Source: an uncultured Nitrososphaerota archaeon (GTDB taxonomy: Archaea; Thermoproteota; Nitrososphaeria; Nitrososphaerales; Gagatemarchaeaceae). From it: DNA of 64,000 nucleotides. The translations under genes were made by a program, and so were the position numbers. The notes under the pieces were generated by a model. It did no database searches and was not told the DNA's origin. It saw only the letters and a program-made list of their open reading frames with translations. This document shows, in pieces, positions 41,343 through 53,286 of the stretch; positions within the stretch are counted from its first letter, which is position 1; every line of letters starts with the position of its first letter. The stretch lies in contig CAVRAG010000008.1 of NCBI GenBank assembly GCA_963718895.1, forward strand, positions 992,001 to 1,056,000, written 5' to 3'.

Positions 41343-42334
41343 CTTCCTGTTCTGGTGCTCAGCTCAATGAGCTGTACCGGGGTCGTCTTTCCTTTCACCG
41401 CGCGTACCGGGTGCCTCACGACTACCACCCTTCTGGGGGTTCCTGGGACCGAGCCCCTAAGAAGGGCGTAGTCCGTCTTGACCTCGCCAAAGTGCATGAA
41501 CCCGCCCTTCTGGGCGATGGGGGTATCCTTCGGGTTGGATATCGTGATGATCCGCTTCCCGGTCTCGGTCCTCTGGTGGAAGCCGTGCTGGCCCGCCCTC
41601 GCGACCGTGTACATGACGGCTGCAGGATGCCACGGGCCGATCACACCGACCGCTCTGACGCTCTTCCTCGACTTGTGCTGCTTCCTCTTGATTCCCATCC
41701 TGGTGACCGGGCCCTCGAAGCCCTGTCCCTTGGTGATACCTATCACGTCGACGTACGAGCCAGCCTTGAAGACCTCGGCAAACTTCACGCCCTTTCCCAA
41801 CATCTTCGTCACGTAGTCGAGCTGTGCCTGTATGTCGCCCCCTCCTACGCCGACCTCGAAGACTATCGGGACCTTCTGAGAGAGACCGGCGTCACGCGGC
41901 ACTATCGAGACGAGCGCGGCTATCCTGACGACGCCCCCGAGCTTGCCCTTCCAGGCCTCGGCGAACTTCTCTGGCTCGATGGAGCTCTTCAGAGACAGTC
42001 CCTTGGGAAGGCTCTTGGAATAGACCTCGCCGATGGCCTTCTCCGCTCCATTCTCGCGGGAGTACAGCCTGAGGCCGACGATAGCCGTCTCCGGAACTGC
42101 CAGTACGCTCGTCGGGTTGAACAGAGGTTTTCCGAAGTTCGGGGTCTTCTCCCTGTCGTCGAGCGTGATGCTGTGCATCGTGCCGACCTTGATGGCGGGA
42201 AAACCGAGTAACGTCGGAGAAGCAGAAGCGATCTTCGGCCAGGTATGGACGGTCGGGACGAAGCTCCCGGCGCGTGCCCTGGGTCTGAAGGCAAGACTTC
42301 CTCTCCTTGGTGCGCTATGTTTACGGTGACCCAA
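41339..42334 (-). CDS. rpl3: 50S ribosomal protein uL3
   Basis: PRRGSLAFRP, TKGQGFEG, GPWHP, GSVPG. Confidence 0.97.
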   Translation of the reverse strand: MGHRKHSAPRRGSLAFRPRARAGSFVPTVHTWPKIASASPTLLGFPAIKVGTMHSITLDDREKTPNFGKPLFNPTSVLAVPETAIVGLRLYSRENGAEKAIGEVYSKSLPKGLSLKSSIEPEKFAEAWKGKLGGVVRIAALVSIVPRDAGLSQKVPIVFEVGVGGGDIQAQLDYVTKMLGKGVKFAEVFKAGSYVDVIGITKGQGFEGPVTRMGIKRKQHKSRKSVRAVGVIGPWHPAAVMYTVARAGQHGFHQRTETGKRIITISNPKDTPIAQKGGFMHFGEVKTDYALLRGSVPGTPRRVVVVRHPVRAVKGKTTPVQLIELSTRTGR

Positions 42335-42375
42335 GCTAAAACACTGTGGAGTTTACCCCGATTTTCCATTAGCCT

Positions 42376-43209
42376 TTAAACTTTCGTGTTTTGCGAGGCA
42401 TTCAGCACCTCGAGTAGATAGAGCGCGGAGGCGATCGCCTCCTCAGACCGGACCGTCGCCACGTGCTGCTCGGGGTAGATGTTCAGCACGAAACCCACTC
42501 GTCCCCGGAGGTCCCCGGCCAAGTCGAAGAGGCCGCGGGAGGGAGAGCCGAAGAGCACCAGGATGCCTCCTGAAGCGCCGACGCGACCGCCGATGTCGGG
42601 GAGGCTCGGCCCGAGCGGATCGCCAAGACGGGAGGTGGCTATCTTCAGCCCGAAGCGGGAATCCGCGAGGACGTCCTCCATGCTTCTCTCTTCGACGGAG
42701 TAGCCCCAGTACTCGCCGGTCTGCGAGCGATTCGCGGGGACGCCCTGGAGGGGTGCGGTGGATGTTATCTTCACCGTGAGCCTCCTTCTGCCGGCGACCC
42801 TTTGGCTCAGCGCGAGGGGCACGTCGAGGCCGACGTCCACGGTAACTCCGTCCTCGAGGACCGCGCCCTCCCTGTACTCTCCCTGGCGCAGGCTCGCGAC
42901 AGCGACCCTCGGCTTGTGGGAGGGTATCCTAAGGGGAGGGAGGAGCCCTGCGTACTTCAGCGACTCGTCGAGCGGGAAGAGCCGTCTCCTGAGGTACTGC
43001 GGCGTCTCGAGGTACTCCAGGACCCGCCTGATGAGACCGGACTCGCCTCCCCCGCGTGGGTCGTGGAAGACCTGTATCACGTCGACCCCGAAGATGGAAC
43101 AGGTCCTGGCGATCTGACCGAGCTTGACCGTCTTCTCCCTGAGGGAGTCGCGCTCCTCCAGAACGGTGTCGGGGAACGCGATTGAAAGCTTCTTACCGGC
43201 GAGTGTCAT
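42376..43209 (-). CDS. SPOUT RNA methyltransferase (DUF171/COG2106)
   Basis: LEYLETPQYLRR, YWGY, FGSP, TVRSEEA; upstream of rpl3. Confidence 0.88.
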   Translation of the reverse strand: MTLAGKKLSIAFPDTVLEERDSLREKTVKLGQIARTCSIFGVDVIQVFHDPRGGGESGLIRRVLEYLETPQYLRRRLFPLDESLKYAGLLPPLRIPSHKPRVAVASLRQGEYREGAVLEDGVTVDVGLDVPLALSQRVAGRRRLTVKITSTAPLQGVPANRSQTGEYWGYSVEERSMEDVLADSRFGLKIATSRLGDPLGPSLPDIGGRVGASGGILVLFGSPSRGLFDLAGDLRGRVGFVLNIYPEQHVATVRSEEAIASALYLLEVLNASQNTKV

Positions 43210-43302
43210 TGGCTGTCATCGCTCCGCGCAAGTCTCGATTGCTTCGGTTACGACACTCAAAAGCACCTTTAACTATATTGCCCCCGGACGACGGCTCAGG
43301 TC

Positions 43303-43731
43303 ATGTCTGAGAGGGAGAAGATAGAGTATGAGCTCCGCGGGAAGACTCTGACGATCTATCTCTACATGCTCAAACAGGGCAAGCCGGTCGGGGTCAGGGA
43401 GGTTCAGCGGGACCTTAAGCTGTCAAGCCCGAGCGTGGCATTCCACCACCTGGACAAGATGACGCGGCTCGGGGTGGTCGAGCAGGACCAGCTTGGCAAC
43501 TATGTCATCTTGAAGAAGGTCGATCCGGGTATACTTCAGGCCTTCGTGAACGTGGGCAAGTTCAGCCTTCCTAGGGTCGGATTCTATGCCGTCTTCTTCA
43601 CCACAATCGCCGTGGCCTATCTGATTTCTAACCTCAGCTTCCTCGACGTCTACGCGCTCATCGGGACGTTCGGCGCCGCTGCCGTCTTCTGGTACGAGCT
43701 TGTCAGGATATGGAGGAGGAGGCCGATCTAG
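43303..43731 (+). CDS. Winged-helix regulator with two C-terminal TM helices
   Basis: GVREVQRDLKLSSPSVAFHHLDKM followed by hydrophobic helices. Confidence 0.8.
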   Translation: MSEREKIEYELRGKTLTIYLYMLKQGKPVGVREVQRDLKLSSPSVAFHHLDKMTRLGVVEQDQLGNYVILKKVDPGILQAFVNVGKFSLPRVGFYAVFFTTIAVAYLISNLSFLDVYALIGTFGAAAVFWYELVRIWRRRPI

Positions 43732-43769
43732 ATGACGCAACCTGATGCGACAGAAGAGGGCCTCCCCAG

Positions 43770-44333
43770 ATGAACGCTGGTCGTCCCTTGGCGGGCGCGG
43801 CCTCGGGCCTTCTGCTGGCGGTCATCCTGATCGCTGGGGTGAGCGTTGCTGGCGGTGGGTCGCTGCATCTCGACCTGGCCAAGGCCAGCAGCAACGCGGC
43901 GGGGTCCGGCGGCGCGTCCATCCAGAGCGGAGAGCCCGGAGGAGTCGCCATAGCCCCCCAGACGACGCAGGCGGCCTCGGCGAGCTCCGGTGCCTGGCCC
44001 GTCTCCTCGGTCAATGGCCTCGAAGGCCAGAGCGGAGGCTCGGTAGGGCTGCTGCTGCTCCCGGTTGCCCTGGGAGCGGCCCTCGGAGCGGTCTTCTACA
44101 TCGCTTACAACCGTAGAATCGATGCGCGAGTGATGTCTACCCCGTCACTACGGTCTGTGACTGCTCTCTCAGGTACGAGAGGAGATAGTTGGGTCCTCCG
44201 ACTCCCTTGCCTGTCGCTCCGCTTGCCTTCCACCCAACGAACGTCTGTGCCCCCGGCCATGCCCCCGTGGTCGCGCCTCCCTTCCTGTTGGCGTAGACGA
44301 CACCGAACTGTATCCCGTCAAGGAACCGCTTGA
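43770..44333 (+). CDS. Membrane protein (N-terminal TM, Ser/Ala/Gly linker, C-terminal TM); true end probably near 44133
   Basis: Two hydrophobic segments; the ORF tail is antisense to the aldehyde dehydrogenase and likely arises from a frameshift. Confidence 0.5.
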   Translation: MNAGRPLAGAASGLLLAVILIAGVSVAGGGSLHLDLAKASSNAAGSGGASIQSGEPGGVAIAPQTTQAASASSGAWPVSSVNGLEGQSGGSVGLLLLPVALGAALGAVFYIAYNRRIDARVMSTPSLRSVTALSGTRGDSWVLRLPCLSLRLPSTQRTSVPPAMPPWSRLPSCWRRRHRTVSRQGTA

Positions 44334-45718
44334 TCTCGGCCTTGTCCTCGCTGAATATCCCGGCCGTGAGACCGTACTCTGTGTCGTTGGCCTTCTCAAG
44401 AGCCTCGTCGAGCGTCTTGAACTCGTCGACCACCACGAACGGCACGAAGAGTTCTTCCCTGAAGAGCCTGTGCCCGCTCGGGACATCGACCGCAACCGTG
44501 GGCTCGACGTAGTAGCCCTTGCCGTAGAGGCCTTTGTCCAGGACGCTTCCCTCCGAAGAAGATCTTCCCCTTCTTCTCGGCGCTCTTGACTGCGTCCTGG
44601 AAGGTCTCCACGGCGGCCTTGTTGATCACCGGGCCCATGAAGGCCTCCTTGGCCCGGGGGTCCATGACCCGAACCTCCTTGAGGCGGTTCTTCAGCGCCG
44701 CAAGGAAGGCCTTCTTGACCGAGCGCTGCACGTAGACGCGGGACGCGGCACTGCACTTCTGGCCGGAGTAGCCGTAGGCGGCCCGCACGACGCCCTCGAC
44801 GGCTTTCTTCAGGTCCGCCTTCTCGGTGATGATCACGGGGTTCTTGCTCCCCAGCTCCATCACGACGGGTTTGATGCAAGACCCTCGCTGGAATTCGTGG
44901 AAGAGTCTCAGGCCCACGTCCATCGACCCAGTGAAGGCCAACCCGGCGACGTGCCGGTTCTTGGTGAACTCGTTCTCGTAGTTCGCCCCTGGGCCCGTCA
45001 CGAAGTTGACCGCGCCGGCAGGGACACCTGCGTCTCGGTATGCGTGGTAGAGCATCAGTCCGGTGAGCGGCGCCGCGCTCGTGGGCTTCAGGATCACGGT
45101 GTTGCCGGTTATCAGGGCGCCGCTCGCCATCCCGTTCGCGAGCATGAAGGGGAAGTTGAACGGGGATATCACAGGCCAGACGCCGTACGGCTTCATGACC
45201 ATCGTGCAGTCTTCGCCTGGACCTCCAGGACCCATCTTCCTGATGTACCCGTCGTTCTCCTCCATCGACTTGGCGAACTCCCGGATGGCGTCGACGGCCT
45301 CCCACACCTCGGCGAGCGCCTCGGTCCGGTTCTTTCCGACTTCGTAGCTGATCGTGGCAGCTATCTCGAACTTGCTCTCGTCCATCAGCTCCGCCGTCCT
45401 CAGCAGAATCTTGACTCGCTCCTTCCACGGAAGTCGGCTCCAGGCAGGGAAGGCCCTGCGCGCGGCGCCTATGGCGGCTTTGGCGTGCTTCTTGTTCCCG
45501 ACCGGAAAGTATCCGACAACAAGCGATGTGTCGATCGGGCTCCTGACGGCGAACTCTCCGTCCTTCGACACGACCGCCTCGTCGCCGATGTACATCCGGT
45601 AGTGCTTGCCAAGCGACTTCGACAGCTTCCTGACCGCTGACTCGTACTTCGGATGGATGCTCTCGTCGGCGAATAGGGTCACGTAGGTTATCTTTGGTGC
45701 TTGCGTGGGCACGAACAA
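44137..45718 (-). CDS. Aldehyde dehydrogenase, 1-pyrroline-5-carboxylate dehydrogenase-like (frameshift near 44540)
   Basis: ISPFNFP, FTGS, MELGSKN, YSGQKCSA, YGLTAG, GWKASG. Confidence 0.88.
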
Positions 45719-45761
45719 TTCGGCCCTCTTTAGCCTAATTAACGTTTACCAAGAGTTCCGG

Positions 45762-46409
45762 TCAGGCGGGCGTCCTCGGCAGTGGCGAAGGCGCATCCAC
45801 GAGATCGGCCTTGAAGACCTTTGAGAAGCTGCTGACGACCTCCCGCTTCACCGATTCCATCTCGACCTTCCTGCCCGTGAGCCTCTCCAGCGAGGTCATC
45901 GTATCGGGGTCGAGTCCGCACGGTCTGATCAGCTGAAAGTAGCTCATGTCGGTGTTCACGTTTAGGGCGAACCCGTGGTAGGTGACCCAGTTCGTCACGG
46001 CCACCCCGATCGAAGCGAGCTTCTTCTCTCCCACCCATACCCCCGTGTGGTTTTCCTTGCGGCCGGCTTCCACCGAGAACCGTCTGGAGGCGGTGATGAG
46101 CACCTCTTCGAGCGCCCTCACGAAGCCTCTGACGTCCGGGACCTCCATCTTGATGATTGGATACCCGACGAGCTGTCCGGGACCGTGGTAGGTCGCGTCG
46201 CCGCCCCGCTCGACCTGGAACACCGGTACATCGAGTGGCTTGAAGTTCTCGGGCGTGGTCTTCCTTCCCAGGGTTATGACGTGTTCGTGCTCGACGAGAA
46301 TCAGCGTGTCTTGGACCTCTCCCCTCGATCTCGCCTCGACGAGAGCCCTCTGCAGGTCCCAGACCTCAGGGTACGGCCTCCTCCCGAGGTCGAGCAGCGA
46401 CACCCTCAT
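45762..46409 (-). CDS. lipB: Lipoyl(octanoyl) transferase
   Basis: LVEHEHVITLG, RGGDATYHGPGQLVGY, KLASIG, HGFALN, PCG. Confidence 0.93.
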   Translation of the reverse strand: MRVSLLDLGRRPYPEVWDLQRALVEARSRGEVQDTLILVEHEHVITLGRKTTPENFKPLDVPVFQVERGGDATYHGPGQLVGYPIIKMEVPDVRGFVRALEEVLITASRRFSVEAGRKENHTGVWVGEKKLASIGVAVTNWVTYHGFALNVNTDMSYFQLIRPCGLDPDTMTSLERLTGRKVEMESVKREVVSSFSKVFKADLVDAPSPLPRTPA

Positions 46410-47804
46410 AGTCTCAGCTGATGTATCGGCCTTCCCGACGGCCGATTCCGCGGCCTCCATTATCGCCTCAGGAAGCGTGGGGTGGGGATGGATCGTCAGG
46501 GCCAGGTCCTCCGTGGTCGCACCCATCTCGATCGCGAGTGCCGCTTCGCTTATCAGGTCCGAGGCCTCCGGTCCAACTATCTGGACCCCTATGACGACTC
46601 GGCTGGTGGCATCAGAGATTATCCTAACGAATCCATCAGTCTCTCCAGCGGCGATCGCCCTCCCGAGAGCGACGAATGGGAATCTCGACTTCTTCACCTG
46701 ATAACCTGCCTCGACCGCCTGCTTCTCTGTGAGACCCACGCCCGATATCTCGGGGTCGGTGAATATCGCCCACGGAATGCTCTTCCATTCGGCCACGGTC
46801 GGCAGGCCTGACGCAGATTCGGCAGCGACTATTCCCTCCTTCTGGGCCTTATGGGCCAAGAGCGGCATCCCCCTCACGTCCCCTATGGCGAAGATGTTCC
46901 TGACGTTCGTGCGCATCTGCTGGTCGCTCTTGATGTAGCCCTTGGGGTCGACCTCGATGCCCAGCCTTTCAAGGTTGAGATTGCGCGTGACCGGTCGTCT
47001 GCCGACGCTCACCAGGACGATGTCCGCTTCGACTAGCGTCTCGCCCTGCGGGGTCTCGACCTTCGCCCTCGCTCCTTCGGAGGTCTTCTCAATGGACAGC
47101 ACCTTCGATTTTAGGTGAATCTTGGCGCCCCTTCGTTCGAGGCTCTTCTGGACGTACCTCACGAGGTCAGGCTCGGTCCCGGGCAGGAGCTGGTCCATCA
47201 GCTCAACGACGGTGATCTGGCTCCCCAGTCGCTGGTACATGCCTGCGATCTCGAGCCCGATGTAGCCTCCTCCGACTATCAGCATCCTCTTGGGCAGCTT
47301 CTCGAGCTCGAGAGCCTCCCTCGAGCTAACGATCCTCTTGCCATCGAACTCCAGACCTGGCAGTGAAATCGCGCTCGAGCCCGTGGCTATCACGACATTC
47401 TTGGTCGACAATTCTTCCGTCCCGCTCTCGGTCTTCACGACGACCCTGTTGGTCTCGGCGAGTTCGGCCTCCCCCTTGATCACTTCTACCTTGTATCCCT
47501 GGCAAAGGGTGGCAACCCCGGTCTCCAGGCTCCGGACCACCCCCGCCTTCCAGGACTGGAGGGCGGCGAAGTCGATGGTCAGGCCCTCCGCGTGCATCCC
47601 GAACTTCGCGCCCTCACGCACCTTGTCGTACGCCTTGGCGACCGCGATGATGGACTTGGATGGAATGCAACCGGCAATCAGGCACTCGCCGCCCAGCCGT
47701 GCCCTCTCGACGAGGACGGTCTTGAGGCCCAACTGAGACGCTCGGATGGCGCAGACATATCCGCCGGGGCCTCCGCCGATGACGACGAGGTCTACCTCTC
47801 TCAA
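46406..47804 (-). CDS. lpdA: Dihydrolipoyl dehydrogenase (E3); a 1-nt indel near 46430 creates an apparent fusion to lipB
   Basis: GGGPGG, GGECLIAGCIPSK, HPHPTLPE; shifted frame gives GKAIHQLRL*. Confidence 0.93.
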
Positions 47805-47868
47805 ATTACCATTACTCAGGCCCGGCGGGTCGACATTCTCCTTAAACGTTCCTGAGGGACCGGAGGTC

Positions 47869-48783
47869 TCAGCGGACGTAGGAGAGCCAGGGCTTGTACT
47901 TCTCGATCCTTCCGTGAATGGCGTCCAGATAGATCTTCTGTATCTTCTTGGTCGTCGGGTACTGGCCGTCACCTATCATCCTCCCGTCGACCTCCCGGAT
48001 CGGGGTGACGTTGGCGGCGGTGCCGCTGAAGAAGAGCTCGTCGGCAGTGTACAGCTCGTCCTTGGTGAAGTCCTCCTCGAGTATCTCCATCCCGCTGTCC
48101 CGGGCGATCTGGATGACCGACGCTCTCGTCACCCCGCCCAGTATCCCCGACTGCATCGTGGGCGTGTACACGACGCCGTCCCTCACCCTGAAGATGTTCT
48201 CACCCGACCCCTCAGCCACGTGGCCGTCCAGGGTCAGGAGAATGGCCTCGTCGTACCCTGCGGCCATGGCGTCGGTCTTCGCGAGTATCGAATTGGCGTA
48301 GTTCGCCGAGCACTTTGCCTGGGGCGGAAGAATCCGCGAGTCTATCCTGGCCCAGCTCGAGACTCCGCACCTTATTCCCTTCTCCATGCCCTCCTCTCCT
48401 AGATAGGCCCCCCACTCCCAGCACCCGATCGCCCCGATGACCTTGTTCTTCAGCGGATTGACGCCCATCTCGCCAAAGGAGCTGAAGACGATGGGGCGGA
48501 CGTAGCAGGCCTGGAGCCTGTTCTCCTTCACGAGGTCGAGGCATGCACCGGTGAGCTGCTCCTTCGTGTATGGCAACTTCATCCTGTAGACCTTGGCGCC
48601 GTCGAAGAGCCTGTCGATGTGCTCCCTCAGCCTGAATATCGCCGGACCGTCGGCGGTGTCGTTGCAACGGATGCCCTCGAAGATAGCGTATCCGTAGTGC
48701 AGCGCATGTGTGAGTACGTGTATCTTGGCATCATCCCACGGGACGAACTTCCCGTCGAACCAGATTGCCTTTGTCGGTTGCAA
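47869..48783 (-). CDS. ilvE: Branched-chain amino acid aminotransferase
   Basis: ALHYGYAIFEG, AKCSANY, EGSGEN, GVTR, SGTAA. Confidence 0.95.
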   Translation of the reverse strand: MQPTKAIWFDGKFVPWDDAKIHVLTHALHYGYAIFEGIRCNDTADGPAIFRLREHIDRLFDGAKVYRMKLPYTKEQLTGACLDLVKENRLQACYVRPIVFSSFGEMGVNPLKNKVIGAIGCWEWGAYLGEEGMEKGIRCGVSSWARIDSRILPPQAKCSANYANSILAKTDAMAAGYDEAILLTLDGHVAEGSGENIFRVRDGVVYTPTMQSGILGGVTRASVIQIARDSGMEILEEDFTKDELYTADELFFSGTAANVTPIREVDGRMIGDGQYPTTKKIQKIYLDAIHGRIEKYKPWLSYVR

Positions 48784-48818
48784 CTTGCTAACACCTGGTT
48801 CTCCCGCCCTGAGGCTAT

Positions 48819-49860
48819 TTACGTATCGCTCAAGCCCGACAGGTGTTTGGCGACGGCGGACTCCGACCTCTGAGGTGGAGCTCGCCCCGCCCAGGTCGCT
48901 GGGTCCTGACGCCCGCCCTCGAGCGTGTGGTTGACAGCCGACCTGATGGCAGACGCCGCTTCGGTGCAGCTCGCGTCGCCGCGGGTCTTCGAGAGCCATT
49001 CCAGCATCATGGCACACGTGAGCAGCATCGCGACGGGGTTGGCGAGCCCCTTGCCCGCTATGTCGGGGGCTGCCCCGTGAACGGGCTCGAATATGGCAGA
49101 GCCTTCGCCGATGTTGGCAGAGGGCGCGACCCCGAGCCCCCCGACGAGCTGGGCCGCCTCGTCAGAGAGTATGTCGCCGTACATGTTCGTGGTAACAATG
49201 ACGTCGAAGGTCTCGGGCATCCTGATCAGGTTCATCGCGGCCGAGTCGACGAGCATCTCGCTGAAGGCGATCGACGGATGGCCTCGGCGAGACCTCTCTG
49301 CAGACCTGCGAGAATAGCCCATCGCTCTTCCTGAGCACGTTTGACTTGTGCACGGCGAGGACCTTCCTCGGGCCGTTCCTCTGCTCGGCCAGCTCGAACG
49401 CGTACTTGGCTATCCTCTCCGAGGCCCTCCGCGTTATCGTGCGGAGTGCGACGACCCCTCCCTCGAACTCGAACTCCATCCCGCGGTAGAGGCACTCTGT
49501 GTTCTCCCTTACGATTACGAAGTCGATGTCGGGCCTCAGCGAAGCGACATGGGGCAGGCTCTTGGACGGTCTGATGTTGGCGTAGAGGTTGAGCACCTGT
49601 CTCAGCTTGACGATCGTCTCCGCAGCGGTGTCGCCGACTGGTGCCTTGAGGCACGCGTCCGAGTCCCTTATCGTCGAGAGCGAGCCCTCGGGGAGCGCCT
49701 CCCCGGTCCTTGACTTGCAGCCGTCTCCCGCCGGGGCGGCCCTGAACTCGAACCTCAGGTCGAAGCGGGCCCGGAGAGCCTCGAGGACTTGGAGCGATAC
49801 CGAGGAGATCTCTGGTCCGATTCCGTCACCCTCGATTGTGGCGATCGTATAGGTCGTCAA
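48819..49860 (-). CDS. leuB: 3-isopropylmalate dehydrogenase (frameshifted)
   Basis: [45 protein letters not shown]. Confidence 0.88.
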
Positions 49861-49876
49861 GCGAGAATCACAGGAG

Positions 49877-50405
49877 CTACTGAGCGGGGGCTTTCAGCTT
49901 TTGCCTCAGCCGCTCTCGGACATATCCGAGGAAGCCGCCCCTCTTCATCTGCTCCACCGCGGCGTCTGTCGCTACTATGACGAACTCCGTCCCCTTCGTC
50001 AGGTCCTTGAGGCTCCGTGCGTCGAGGTCGATAAGGAGCTCGTCCCCCAGCTCGATCCTGCTCGTGTCGCTTATCTGGATGGGCAGCAGCCCGTTGTTGA
50101 GCGCGTTCCTGTAGAAGATGTCAGGGAACGATTGTGCCACGACCGCGATGACGTTGTTGTACTTCACCGCGTAGACGGCCTGCTCCCTCGAGCTCCCGCA
50201 TCCGAAGTTGTTCCCCGCAACGACGATGCTCTCCTTGTTGGCCCGGCAGGCGGACTTGAACGAGGGGTCGTAATACTCGAAGGCGTGGTCTGCGAAGAAC
50301 TGCTTGTCCCAGCTCTCCTGGAGCAGATACGCTGGGATGATGTAGTCGGTGTTGATGTCGTCCGGGTACTTCTTGGCGACCTTCCCTCTGAGTCTGCATG
50401 GTCAA
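49877..50405 (-). CDS. leuD: 3-isopropylmalate dehydratase small subunit (frameshift near the start)
   Basis: DDINTDYIIP, NFGCGSSREQA, IFYRNALNNGL. Confidence 0.9.
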
Positions 50406-51721
50406 TCACCCAGGTACTTCCGCGGGTCGGCGATCCTACCCTCGAGGGCGGTCGCCGCTGCGACCGCAGGCGAAGCCGAGATAGATGAAAGCCTCCGGCG
50501 AGCCCATCCTGCCCCTTGTAGTTCCGGTTGCTCGTGCTGAGGCACCGGTCGCCGGGGGCGAGAATACCCATGTGCTTCCCGAAGCAGGGTCCGCAGTTCG
50601 AGGACTCGATGTTAGCGCCGCTCTGGGCGATGGTATTGAGGATGCCGTTGTCCATGGCCCAGTTGTAGACCTTCCTGCTCGCAGGGATGACTATCAGGTT
50701 CGTGTCGGGGTGCACCTTCCTCCCCTTCAGGATCTTGGCGGCCACAGTCAGGTCGCTCCTCCTGGCGTTCGCGCACGAGCCAAGGAAGACGACGTTGATG
50801 GGATCGCTCACCTCGCTGACGGGCTTCGCGTTTGCTGGTGAATGCGGCAGCGAGACGGTCGGTTCGATTGCCGAGGCGTCGACGTTCACGGTCTGTGAGT
50901 AGGACGCGTCCTCGTCGCTCCGCATGACCATCCCCGTCTGCTCTGCGCTGACCGACTGGCCCTTTCCCGAGAGTGCGTTGTTGACGTAACCCATAGTCGT
51001 CTGGTCCGGATTGACTATTGCAGTCCTGGCGCTCATCTCGACCGAGAGGTTGCAGATCGTGAACCGTCCGTCCATCTCCATCGAGGAGATGGTTGGGCCC
51101 TCGTACTCGGCGACCCTCTTGGAGCATCCTCCCTCGCCCATGAGTCCCAGGACGTGAAGCACGAGGTCCTTGGGATAGACGCCGAGCTGCAGGTTCCCGT
51201 CGACGTGGAACCGGACGGTCTCGGGAACCGTGAAAGAGTAGAGCTCCCCCGTAGCCAGCAGGTTCTCGCCCTCCGTCGTCCCTATCCCGAAGGCGAGCGC
51301 ACCGAGGGCGCCCTGGGTGCAGGTGTGCGAGTCCGTCGCCACCGCTATCTCGCCGGGCAGGACAAACCCCTCCTCCGAGGCTATCGTGTGCTCGATCCCG
51401 TCCCCCTCCTTGTACATCGCTATCTGCTGCTGTTTGGCGAAATCAGCCATCAGCTTGATCCCCGAGCTGACCATGATCGAGCACGATGGGACGGTGTGGT
51501 CGGGCATGAACGCGACTCTCAGAAGGGTCGAAGACCTTCATCCTCCTCCCTGCATCCTGATAGACGTCCCCGAAGTCCTTCTGGAAGTTGAGGATGGCTG
51601 GGGGACCGATGACCTCGTTGAAGTACAGCTTGTCGACAGGAAGGGCCTCGATCAGCTCCCCGGCCTTGACAGTCCTCCCCACGGCGCGCGAGACTATCTT
51701 CTCGGTTATTGTGGAGCCCAT
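50402..51721 (-). CDS. leuC: 3-isopropylmalate dehydratase large subunit (two frameshifts)
   Basis: TITEKIV, PDH, DSHTCT, GSCAN, CGPC, STSNRN. Confidence 0.9.
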
Positions 51722-53286
51722 TCACAAACCCTCTATGGGACCCGTGGGCTTCTCCGGCTCGAGAACCCTGATCCTCTCCGTGTCCTGCTTCTTCGCCAGC
51801 AGGGCGTTGGTACCGGCGACGATGGCTTCCACGCTGGCCACGACGATGTCCCTCTTCATGCCTCTTCCGGAAGCGGTGTGTCCGGCGTCGTCCTCGACCT
51901 CCACCGTCACGTCGGCGACCGCGCCCGAGTCTCCGGTCAGGGCCTCCAGCCTGTAGTTCTTCAGCCGGACCGTCTCGATGTTGCTGAATATCTTCTGGAT
52001 GGCGTTCACCGCTGCGTCGACCGCCCCGGACCCCACCTCTGTGGCCTCGTGGAGATGGCCGCGCACCAGCAGCTTGACGGTCGCGGTCGGGAGCCTCTTG
52101 ATGCCCGTCACGACCTCCAGTCCCTCCAGCTCGACGAGCTCGTTCTTCTCGGCGCTGCCGCCCCCCATGATCTGGACGGCTATCTGATAGAGGTCGGAGT
52201 CGGTCACGCTGGATCCTCCGTCGCCCATCTCCTTGACCCTCCCTACGATGAGCCTCAAGCTCTCCTCCTTGGGCTTGAGCCCCATGCCTCGCAGCTGCGC
52301 CGAGATGCCATGGCGGCCCGCGTGCTTCCCTGCCTGCAGCCACCTCGTCCTTCCGACCATCGACGGATCGAACGGCTCGAAGGTCGAGGGGTTGTTCAGG
52401 ACCCCGTCGGTGTGTATCCCTGACTCATGGCCGAACGCGTTGTCCCCGATTATCGCCTTGTTCGGTTGTATCGGCACGCCGGTGAGCCTGTTGACAAGGC
52501 GTGACGTCTCGTAGAGCAACTGGTAGTTGGTGTTGGTGGGGAGCGCGTAGAGGTTGTTGCAGGCCATCACGAACTCCTCCAGCGAGGTGTTGCCAGACCT
52601 CTCCCCTATTCCGTTGATCGTGACGTGCACCTGGTCTGCGCCCGCGACCACTCCGGCAAGGCTGTTCGCAACTGCCAGTCCGTAGTCGTTGTGGCAGTGC
52701 ATGCTGATCATGATGTCAGAGACCGACCTGGCGGCTCTGACGTAGTCCGCCATCAGCTGCGGTGTCGCTATGCCCACCGTGTCCGGGATGTCGAAGCGGT
52801 CCGCGCCGGCCTCAGAGACGGCCTTCACGACCTGCTTGAAGAACCCGATTTCCGTCCTCGTGGCGTCCATGGCCGAGAACTCGACCTTCACCCCGAAGCT
52901 CTTCGCGTACCTCACGGCCTCGGTGGACTGCTCGATCATCCGATCTCTGGTGATGTTCATCTGGTGCTGGAGGTGGATGTCCGAGGAGGAGAGGAAGACG
53001 TGGATTCCGTTTATCCCACACCCGATGGCGGTGTCGATGTCTGCCTTCTCGGCGCGGGCCAGGCCGCACACCTCCGCCCTGAGACCGGCTCTGCGCGATG
53101 GCGCGGATCGCCTCCTGCTCTCCCTTCGAGGTGATCGGGAAGCCTGCCTCTATCACGTCGACGCCCAGCCGATCGAGGGCCTGAGCTATCTCGAGCTTCT
53201 CCTGCGGCGTGAGCGAGACGCCCGGGGTCTGCTCCCCGTCCCTCAGGGTTGTGTCGAAGATCCTGAATCAGACGGCCGGCGGTCAT
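51722..53286 (-). CDS. leuA: 2-isopropylmalate synthase (LeuA/CimA family) with regulatory domain (frameshifts in the 5' part)
   Basis: [41 protein letters not shown]. Confidence 0.88.

Noticed and set aside
45762-47972. Apparent 736-aa LpdA-LipB fusion
   Set aside because: Removing one base near 46430 restores the usual E3 ending GKAIH..* and an ATGA overlap with lipB, so this is most likely an indel error
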